Shown here: in pieces, positions 1-6,763 of the stretch
How positions within the stretch are numbered: position 1 is the stretch's first letter
Layout: each line of letters opens with the position of its first letter
From: Candidatus Altarchaeum sp.
GTDB taxonomy: Archaea > Altiarchaeota > Altiarchaeia > Altiarchaeales > Altiarchaeaceae
Direction of reading: 5' to 3'
Assembly (NCBI GenBank): GCA_018260615.1
Contig: JAGWDQ010000027.1
Span: 1 to 12,014, forward strand
Length of the DNA: 12,014 nucleotides
Position numbers and translations under genes: made by a program
Notes under the pieces: generated by a model
Database searches by the model: none
The model's input: only the letters and a program-made list of their open reading frames with translations
Told to the model about the DNA's origin: nothing

Positions 1-34
1 TCATATTGCATAAAGGTAATATTTAAAGTTGCGC

Positions 35-406
35 TTAATTCGGGATTTCCGTTAATGTTATCTGGGAACTTGTTGTCATCTCTATAGCCAAAGCAATAAC
101 CCAGGGATCCGCATTATATTTTCTGTCTGTTTTTATTAATGCCGGAAACTCCTTCAAAATATCCCGGACAATTTCTATCTGCTTTTCAGTTGGTTCTACA
201 AACATCTTATTTTGCTTTTTAGCCCATTCAGCCAACTGGTCGTCTCCTTCTATTATTTCATCAAGCACTTCTCTTGGGGCAAGCATTACGCCCCTGTTTA
301 TTAATGATTCTATCTTTCCCCAGATACTGGGAAAGACATCAATGGGATTATGTCTGTTTAACTCCATGAGTGAGGACGAATCAATGAGGTAATAATTTGA
401 ATTCAT
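35..406 (-). CDS. DUF4411-family PIN-like protein (putative toxin), probably C-terminally truncated or degenerate
   Basis: N-terminal YLIDSSSL (PIN beta1-Asp), FPSIW, VLDEI and ADPWVIALA motifs. Its ATG overlaps the upstream TGA (ATGA, 403-406). It is only 123 aa and lacks the usual VVTxE..KIPxVC tail. Confidence 0.75.
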   Translation of the reverse strand: MNSNYYLIDSSSLMELNRHNPIDVFPSIWGKIESLINRGVMLAPREVLDEIIEGDDQLAEWAKKQNKMFVEPTEKQIEIVRDILKEFPALIKTDRKYNADPWVIALAIEMTTSSQITLTEIPN

Positions 407-1557
407 TTTCCTGCTTTTGTAAGCACTTTATCAAAGCTTTTTGATTTAACCGAAAGATAATTCAGGGCATCGCTGTAAGTTATGAAACGTTTGTCAAAGT
501 TATCTGCAACCAGAGACACGAATTTACTGCCAACTTCAGAAATACACCTCTTTTCAGAAGGTATTCCTCCTCCTTTCTGTTTTCCTTTTTTTGTTGCCCT
601 GACTTGCGATGGTTTATATCTTTTAAGAACTTCATTGTATTCTGTCTTTGACAAATAATCTAACTTGTACATATTGTACAGAAGCATTGACTTGCTTAAC
701 TTGTACTTTCCTGATAAAGCGTTAATGGTTTCTGTCCAGGTAAGTTTTGTTTTATCTGTTTCAAACAATTTTTTTGCCGTTTCCTTTGGCAACAAAAATG
801 ACGAAGCAAATTCGTCGCACCACTTTTCAGTGTTCTCTTTATCTGTTATTGATAATTCCGGAAGGTCTATTACTGTCTCCCTCCGAAGTATATGTGCAAA
901 TTCGTGCATTAGAGAAAATAATCTGGCTTCTATACTGTCTTTTGTATTGACTACCAGGATGGCAGGCGAATCGTCTGACAAGGAGAATCCTCTTGCATCT
1001 TCTACTGGCATGGAAATCTGAAATATCAGTATGTTCATATCTTCAAGAAGAGCTCTTAAGTAATTAAAAAACTGATAGGTATCTCTGAATTTTCTTTGCT
1101 TTTCTTCAGTCAGTTTGAATATTTCCCGGTATTTTCCTGAAATATCCTCAGGATTATCCGTAGTTATAACCCTTTCTATTTTTGGTTTGGTTTCGCATTG
1201 GATATTATCTGAAAGCTCTTTGCTTATGCTCTGTAAGCTCCTTGCTTTTCTTATAGCAAGCATCGTCTTTTTGTCAAAAATCCCTTTTTTGTTCGGCAGC
1301 ATTCTATAATCCAATGGCAATGGTTTTTCTTCGGGACGCTTTGGCAGGAGAAATGCAGCTAAAGGCATGTTAAATGCCAGAGAAAGCTCTTTCAACTGTC
1401 TTAATGTAGGGCTTTTAGTTCCCAATTCAAAGTCCTTAAATGTCTCAACCTTTGTTTTTAGACGTATGCTAACATCATCACAAGTCCAGCCGGAACTCTC
1501 CCTAAGCCACTTCAACACTTCAGGATTTACTTTGACTATGATTGATTTTTTTGCCAT
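403..1557 (-). CDS. XRE-HTH + ImmA/IrrE (COG2856/DUF955) Zn metallopeptidase
   Basis: N-terminal HTH (LKWLRESSGWT...FELGTKSPTLRQLKELS), FSLMHEFAH HExxH motif, EKWCDEFASSFLLP; translationally coupled to the DUF4411 gene. Confidence 0.88.
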   Translation of the reverse strand: MAKKSIIVKVNPEVLKWLRESSGWTCDDVSIRLKTKVETFKDFELGTKSPTLRQLKELSLAFNMPLAAFLLPKRPEEKPLPLDYRMLPNKKGIFDKKTMLAIRKARSLQSISKELSDNIQCETKPKIERVITTDNPEDISGKYREIFKLTEEKQRKFRDTYQFFNYLRALLEDMNILIFQISMPVEDARGFSLSDDSPAILVVNTKDSIEARLFSLMHEFAHILRRETVIDLPELSITDKENTEKWCDEFASSFLLPKETAKKLFETDKTKLTWTETINALSGKYKLSKSMLLYNMYKLDYLSKTEYNEVLKRYKPSQVRATKKGKQKGGGIPSEKRCISEVGSKFVSLVADNFDKRFITYSDALNYLSVKSKSFDKVLTKAGK

Positions 1558-1687
1558 TTTTAATTTACTAAAAATATTTGAGCGTAAGCGAAATTATTTT
1601 GTTTAACTTGATAATGTCATTTTAAACTTTGTTTAAAATATACTAAAAATTATAAATTTTTACTGAAAAACTTTGAGTTTTTCAATC

Positions 1688-1863
1688 TTTAAAAATCTGT
1701 AAGATTTTTAAATGAGAGCGAAGCGATTTCAAACTTGTTTGAAATACACGAACGAAGTGAGCGTAACTTATTTTAAAATTTATTTTAAAATCTCCGAACG
1801 ATTTTCGGGCTTGCTCCGATTTTCAAACTTGTTTTGAAAATGCATGAACGGAGTGAGCGCAAG
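1688..1863. repeat. Mosaic of short hairpins alternating with GAGCGAAGCGA / GAACGRAGTGAGCG motifs (REP/BIME-like)
   Basis: Perfect 11-bp stem 1688-1712 followed by TGAGAGCGAAGCGA; 9-bp stem 1726-1745 followed by ACACGAACGAAGTGAGCG; near-copy of the second unit at 1819-1863. Confidence 0.75.
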
Positions 1864-1925
1864 TGAAATCATTTTAAAATTTAATAAGCAATTATGATTA
1901 AATACAAATATGTTTTTTAGAAATA

Positions 1926-2534
1926 CTATGGCAAACATACCTGATAATTTTCCGTTTTTACTTTTATCCTGACATAATTTGGACATAAAATTTTTAAATT
2001 TCTGCCTGATTTTGCATAATCCCTTGATGTTACAAATATTTTCTTTGCTCTTTGAAGGATAAATTTAAAAATAATGTTATAAAATTTCAAAATCAGAGAT
2101 GCGGGAAATTTCTCCAATTCCTCTTTTTCAATATCAGCGTGATATGTTATAATTAATGGTTTGTTTTTAATAACAGATGCAAGAAATGCAAATATGGAAT
2201 TTACCGGGTCAGGCAAATCAACATGAACCAAATCATAATCTAATCTGAAAATATCCTTTATAATGCCCGGATAAAAAACATCATTAAACGCTTTAAACAA
2301 AATTTTATGCCGCCTTATATTTATTCCTTCATAAATTTCAAAGTCGTTTAAATTTTTTTCGTGTTTTGATGTGGAAACATAAATTTCAAAGCCATTTTTT
2401 GCTAAATATCTGCTGACCTCAAAATTTCTGGTTTCAATTCCTCCATACTTCGGATAAAAGTATTTTGTAATTTTCAAAACCGTAGAGGTTTTGAAAATAT
2501 GAGAGCGAAGCGAACTTATATTTAAAATTTCCAT
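1926..2534 (-). pseudogene. GT4 (WfcD-like) glycosyltransferase, 5' half only, with a small in-frame insertion near the start
   Basis: ITKYFYPKYGGIE, VHVDLPDP and IITYHADI motifs. Homology ends near DYAKS..LK (~1985) and the C-terminal domain is absent. Likely start is ATG 2534 (MEILN), 8 bp after the upstream remnant's stop; the ORF track extends it to 2558. Confidence 0.8.
2470..2515. mobile_element. Small palindromic element inserted in frame in the GT4 5' end
   Basis: Perfect 12-bp stem ATTTTCAAAACC/GGTTTTGAAAAT (2470-2498) followed by ATGAGAGCGAAGCGAAC, the same layout as 1688-1726. It adds about 16 codons between MEIL and ITKYF. Confidence 0.6.
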
Positions 2535-2542
2535 TCCTGCAT

Positions 2543-2680
2543 TTATCTTTTTGTCCATATTTTATTTATAATTTTTACTGCTTCTGTTAAATCATTTACA
2601 ATAAAATCCGGCTTTATCTCATAATTATTATTTTTACCTTATAACTGGTTTTTACAATGATTGTTTTACAATTGACATCA
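2543..2680 (-). pseudogene. 3' remnant of a HAD-family phosphatase (GmhB / HAD-IIIA-like)
   Basis: Manual translation gives VNCKTIIVKTSY, a frameshift near 2640, then GKNNNYEIKPDFIVNDLTEAVKIINKIWTKR* (stop 2543-2545), matching the typical HAD tail KTILVxTGYG...PDFIxxDLxEAV. The 5' part is missing. Confidence 0.6.
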
Positions 2681-2698
2681 TCTTTATATATTAACTCC

Positions 2699-2825
2699 TT
2701 TTTTATCGTACAGGAAAGTTCGTTTTATTATTTTCACACGGAGACACCGGGACACAAAGGGGAAATACACTGAAAATCTGTGAGATTTGAAAATACCCTG
2801 TGACTTTGTGACTTTGTGTGAGCAT
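2699..2825. repeat. Dispersed repeat copy 1 (IS-end/MITE-like sequence plus long imperfect hairpin)
   Basis: First 33 bp are identical to 9290-9322. They are followed by arms TCACACGGAGACAC..GACAC and GTGACTTTGTGACTTTGTGTGA that are conserved in copy 2. Confidence 0.85.
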
Positions 2826-2849
2826 TTTTTATTTTTTATACATCCCGAT

Positions 2850-2889
2850 AATCGTGCATTAATCGTGCAAATTGTGCCTTAATCGTGCA
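2850..2889. repeat. Short periodic AATCGTGCA array
   Basis: AATCGTGCA at 2850, 2861 and 2881, plus a degenerate AATTGTGCC at 2870; spacing 9-11 bp. Confidence 0.75.
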
Positions 2890-3045
2890 AAGTATATTTG
2901 ATGCCTTTACCTTGCTATTTCGGGCGAAAACTTTCTTTATGGCGTACCTGTCCGATATCTAAACCCATATCGGGCTTTCCCGTGACATAGATATTTCGTC
3001 CCATATCGCCACTTTAATGCCCGTTTTGCCACATTGTTACTCAAT

Positions 3046-3138
3046 AACTAATCGCCACAATCGCCAACTAATCGCCACAATCGCCAACTAATCGCCACGC
3101 AATCGCCACAATCGCCAACTAATCGCCACGCAATCGCC
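3046..3138. repeat. Tandem AATCGCC array directly after the DUF4062 gene stop
   Basis: Nine AATCGCC cores at 3050, 3059, 3070, 3079, 3090, 3101, 3110, 3121 and 3132 (spacing 9-11 bp), built from the unit AACTAATCGCCAC(GC)AATCGCC. Confidence 0.92.
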
Positions 3139-3148
3139 AATGTGTAAC

Positions 3149-4597
3149 TTATATTATATAGCTCAAGCTCCTGCCCCCGCCTTGATTCTTAAATATCTTC
3201 TTCTTTAAAAGAATATCAAGGTCGCGCCTGGCACCTTCATCCGAAATATTATTCAGCTGCCGGTATTCGCGGTTTGTAATCCTGCCTTTCTCCTTAACAT
3301 ACTTTACAGCTTTAATCTGGCGCTCATTCAAACCTATCTTAGTTAAGGCCTCCTTAGTAAAAACATCCCTCGGTAAAATAACTCTAAACTCGTCATTCCT
3401 TATTGAGACAAAGTCCGGCTCCGGCAGCCCCTGGGCTTTGCACTGCTTGACCATTTCCAGGGTACCTGAACCGGCCCTCTGGATATAGTTTGCTAAATAA
3501 AGTGTGCTGGCGATTAGCGGATTATTGGGATACGACGCGTGTGGCTGTTTAAGGTCCGATATCTTAAGATTTGGGGGCAATGATCCCGAATTCCATATCT
3601 CAACACGATCAAGAAAAACCATCACCTGAACGCCTGCAGTGGTTTCATAGTCCCTGTGAGCGACCGCATTAACTATTGCTTCCTGAACTGCAAAAGCTGG
3701 AATTTCATGCGGACGTTTCGCTTGAGCGGTATGTTCTTGCTGGATAACAGGTAACCGAATGGCACCTAAAACAAAAGATACGGCCAAGTCTACCTGCTCG
3801 AAGAGATTTCCATCATAGATATGATATGACATAAATGGTTTCTCAACCTCAGTGCCGGGGAACTGAATACATTTGACTTCTGCCTGCAGGAAAAACTTGT
3901 GCGGATCTCTGCCAAAGAGCAGAATCGCCGCATTCGTTAACCCCCCTTCGCGCAGAAGATTCAGATGCGTCAGAACATCTTTAACGGACGCCGTCAAACT
4001 CAGTGGGAAATTTCTCTTCTCGCGCGAGACCCTCAAAAACCACCTGATTTTCTTCTCATCTATATGTGATAACTTTACCTTGCTGCAAATTCTCTGATCG
4101 AATGCATCCCGGCCGATAATGCCCTTTTCCCGCAGGAAAGCAATTAGACCTTCATATACGACATTTTTAAGTTCTTGTAAATCATTAAAACGTTTGTAGA
4201 TGTACCCTTTTTCAGGACCTCTGATTTCTGTAATTAATTTCCTTACATGTGCATCTCTTATTTTGTCATTATTTTCTTTTATAAAAATTAAAATTTCTTT
4301 ATTTCCTTTTTGAGCTTCGCGGAACTCTCTTTCAGTAGCTGAAATCATGTCATCTCCAATGTTTCCGTATTTATTTCCAAAAATACCAATATAAACATTA
4401 CTTTTATGAACTTCGTCGGTATACGTTTTTTTAGATGACTTACCTTTTGCAGGCAAATCTTCAAAAAGGAATACATTAAAATAATCTTTCAGCAAAGGAT
4501 TTTCAATAATTAAGTTTTTGACTGCTCTTCTTTCAATTTTTAATTCTTCCTGGACTCCGCTTACAAATAGATTATATTTCATATTATATTTAACCAA
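3149..4597 (-). CDS. DUF4062 + RecG-like/HATPase_c_4 ATP-binding domain + C-terminal winged HTH (COG2865-like)
   Basis: N-terminal LFVSGVQEELKIERRAV...YIGIFGNKYG (DUF4062); central LTNAAILLFG, EAIVNAVAHRDY and VEIWNSG; C-terminal LNERQ...GRITNREY...RRDL..L...GGGRSLSY. Likely start is ATG 4582. Visibly more GC-rich than its flanks. Confidence 0.85.
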   Translation of the reverse strand: MVKYNMKYNLFVSGVQEELKIERRAVKNLIIENPLLKDYFNVFLFEDLPAKGKSSKKTYTDEVHKSNVYIGIFGNKYGNIGDDMISATEREFREAQKGNKEILIFIKENNDKIRDAHVRKLITEIRGPEKGYIYKRFNDLQELKNVVYEGLIAFLREKGIIGRDAFDQRICSKVKLSHIDEKKIRWFLRVSREKRNFPLSLTASVKDVLTHLNLLREGGLTNAAILLFGRDPHKFFLQAEVKCIQFPGTEVEKPFMSYHIYDGNLFEQVDLAVSFVLGAIRLPVIQQEHTAQAKRPHEIPAFAVQEAIVNAVAHRDYETTAGVQVMVFLDRVEIWNSGSLPPNLKISDLKQPHASYPNNPLIASTLYLANYIQRAGSGTLEMVKQCKAQGLPEPDFVSIRNDEFRVILPRDVFTKEALTKIGLNERQIKAVKYVKEKGRITNREYRQLNNISDEGARRDLDILLKKKIFKNQGGGRSLSYII

Positions 4598-4606
4598 TAA
4601 TAATTA

Positions 4607-4637
4607 CAATAATGAATTATTAAATAATGAATTATTG
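4607..4637. promoter_or_regulatory. Candidate operator: two AATAATGAATTATT direct repeats upstream of the DUF4062 gene
   Basis: 14-bp copies at 4608-4621 and 4623-4636; each is nearly palindromic. Function is inferred only from position. Confidence 0.3.
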
Positions 4638-4710
4638 TTTAAATGGAAATAAATTTGAATTTCCATGAGTGTTAAAAATTTCATTTACATAAGATTGAAA
4701 TGTTCATCAC

Positions 4711-4794
4711 GAGAATGTTGAAAAACCTCCTGATTAAAGGTGAATTTAATATAATACTCTTTGAAGGTAAATTCGGGACTTTTTCAACGCTCTC
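4711..4794. mobile_element. 84-bp MITE-like palindromic element
   Basis: Imperfect 15-bp terminal inverted repeats GAGAATGTTGAAAAA / TTTTTCAACGCTCTC plus an internal GAATTTA/TAAATTC pair (4742-4748, 4768-4774). Confidence 0.55.
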
Positions 4795-4831
4795 AATTAT
4801 AAATTTATATAGACGGAGGATTTTCACACCA

Positions 4832-5833
4832 TCATTTTTTGTCTTTTAAAAATCGTTTTATCTCGCGGTCAAAGTCGGACTCTATTGGCTGTATTCTATT
4901 AAATGTTTCATACTCGGACATTGCTTTTTTGTCCGCCTGTTCTTTGGATATTGCTCCCTTTCCATCAAGTATTTTATACTCGTTAAAACTCAAAAATCTG
5001 TTCACACTTTCCGCAAAATCCGCCATAGTAAAGGTCTGTCTGTTTTCAATATGTCTTTCAATATAATCAAAAAATCCGGATATTGTCCGCTCTAATTTTT
5101 TAATTTCTTTTTCCTGCAGATAATTTTTTGCGATAACAACATCCGATGGCAGAATTCTGCCTTTGGGAGAATTTTTCCAGGTAGTGAGACCCATAAACGG
5201 CTTATTTTTATCTGATTTGGTATTAATGAGCTCTGCTGCCGTCTGACCTGTAATTGCGTAATGAAATTTATTTTGCACGGTTGCAAAAAAATCCCTGGTT
5301 GTCAGGGAATTCGGGTCGTAGTCAATACAGCATTCGGCGAAAATATCCGTAATCTGCAGATAAATCCTCCTTTCGCTGGTTCTGATTGAGCGTACTCTTT
5401 CAAGCAATTCCAGGAAATAATCTTTCCCGAAGACATGCTTTCCCTGCCTGAGCAGTTCGTCGTTGAGTGCAAAGCCCTTTATAATATAATCTTTTAAAAC
5501 CTGTGTTGCCCAAATACGAAACTGTGTGGCTCGCCTGGAATTAACACGGTAGCCAACAGCAATAATGGCATCAAGGTTGTAAAAAGCAACATCCCGGGTA
5601 ACTTCTCGTCCACCTTCATTTTGAACTATTAAGAATTCCTTAACAGTTGAAGATTTATTAAGCTCCTCTTCATCAAATATATTCTTGATGTGCATACTCA
5701 CATTCGGTACTGTTACTTCAAACAGTTCTGCCATCATCTTTTGGGTCAGCCAAAGCGTTTCATCCTGTAAAAAGACCTCTAATTTAACATCGCCGCCGGG
5801 TGCTGTGTAAAGTATTATCTGGTTTTTTTCCAT
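4832..5833 (-). CDS. Virulence RhuM-family (COG3943) DNA-binding protein
   Basis: ETLWLTQKMMAELF, FYNLDAIIAVGYRVNSRRATQFRIWAT, IRTSERRIY and FFATVQNKFHYAITGQTAAE signatures; full length. Confidence 0.9.
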   Translation of the reverse strand: MEKNQIILYTAPGGDVKLEVFLQDETLWLTQKMMAELFEVTVPNVSMHIKNIFDEEELNKSSTVKEFLIVQNEGGREVTRDVAFYNLDAIIAVGYRVNSRRATQFRIWATQVLKDYIIKGFALNDELLRQGKHVFGKDYFLELLERVRSIRTSERRIYLQITDIFAECCIDYDPNSLTTRDFFATVQNKFHYAITGQTAAELINTKSDKNKPFMGLTTWKNSPKGRILPSDVVIAKNYLQEKEIKKLERTISGFFDYIERHIENRQTFTMADFAESVNRFLSFNEYKILDGKGAISKEQADKKAMSEYETFNRIQPIESDFDREIKRFLKDKK

Positions 5834-5864
5834 TTTAAATTGTTAACTGTATTTGTGTACAAAA

Positions 5865-6227
5865 TTAGGTTTTGAGTATTAATTTGTTAATTTCCATTTC
5901 AAATTTTTCCAAAACAATCTTATCTGTAAAATTTTCCATAACTCTTTTTCTGGCTTTATTTCCAATTTCCTTTCTTAAATTTTCATCACCAATTAAATTT
6001 TCAATTGCATTTTTCAGTTCTTCAACATTTTTTTCCTTAACCAAAACCCCGGCATTTCCATAATCAACAACATACTTCATTCCCGACTCAATATTTGTTG
6101 TAATATAAGGTTTTCCGAATTACCTTGCCCTATTCAAAACAATTCCAAATGCCTCCTGTCTTGTTATTGAGGGCAAAACAAAAATATAGCATAAAGCACA
6201 ATAATATTTTAACTCCTTAACATTTCC
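5865..6227 (-). pseudogene. GT4 glycosyltransferase, 3' third only, with an internal stop
   Basis: Manual translation gives GNVKELKYYCALCYIFVLPSITRQEAFGIVLNRAR*FGKPYITTNIESG..., a degenerate EAFGIVLxEAMxxGKP motif with TAA at 6120-6122. The ORF track shows only 5865-6080. Confidence 0.8.
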
Positions 6228-6466
6228 GGAAATTGCTCAAAATCTTCCCATATAATTTTATCAGGAATGAAATTGTTTTTTTCAAGAATATATTTTAGAC
6301 CTTTTCTTTTTATTTTATTGTTTGTGAATAGATCAAAGTCAATTGACCTTCGGTGTCCGATTATTAACGCAATTGCTGTTCCCCCAACAAGATAATAATC
6401 CTTTGAAAACAACTTTATCATGGGAAGTAAGTCCTTCTGTTCTTTAGTTAGAACTTCCGTGTGCAT
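6209..6466 (-). pseudogene. AbiEii-family nucleotidyltransferase toxin, 5' fragment fused to the GT4 remnant
   Basis: YYLVGGTAIALIIGHRRSIDFDLF motif. Only 85 aa; the last codons are read from the GT4 remnant DNA in another frame. Confidence 0.8.
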
Positions 6467-6737
6467 TTCTCTTAAAATACAAATTAAAAAAATTAATGGT
6501 TCTTGGTCTGTAATTAACCCTCATCCTTTCAGGTGATGTTTGTTCATAAAAAATATCTGCAACTTTATCTATTCCTACAAGTTCAAATAATCTTTTAACG
6601 CTTTTTTCATCGCCGTAATTCAATATCTGCTCAACTAAAAATTTTATATCAATATTCTCTTTTTCTTCTTCCTTAATCCACCAGAACAGCGAGCTGTTTT
6701 AGCGAATAAATTTTTTTATTTCAGGAGTGTTTGTCAT
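6444..6737 (-). pseudogene. DUF6922-like small partner of AbiEii, with a nonsense codon
   Basis: Manual translation of a 98-codon frame gives MTNTPEIKKFIR*NSSLFWWIKEEEKENIDIKFLVEQILNYGDEKSVKRLFELVG...; TAA at 6699-6701; the 3' end overlaps the AbiEii start. Confidence 0.6.
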
Positions 6738-6763
6738 TTTTGAGTTACGCAGGTGAAATCGTT

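Noticed and set aside
1780-1986. 68-aa ORF downstream of the GT4 5' half
   Set aside because: It runs through the hairpin mosaic with no family motif; at most its first codons are a frameshifted GT4 continuation.
2699-2731. Possible group II intron domain V/VI remnant
   Set aside because: GGAAAG is present, but the catalytic AGC/CGC triad hairpin and the domain VI pattern could not be identified.
3046-3138. Possible CRISPR array
   Set aside because: Units are contiguous 9-11-bp cores with no unique spacers, and no cas genes are present.
4711-4794. Possible integron attC site
   Set aside because: The GTT triplet precedes AAC, the reverse of the RYYYAAC...GTTRRRY order. No convincing attC was seen after the other genes and there is no integrase in the window.
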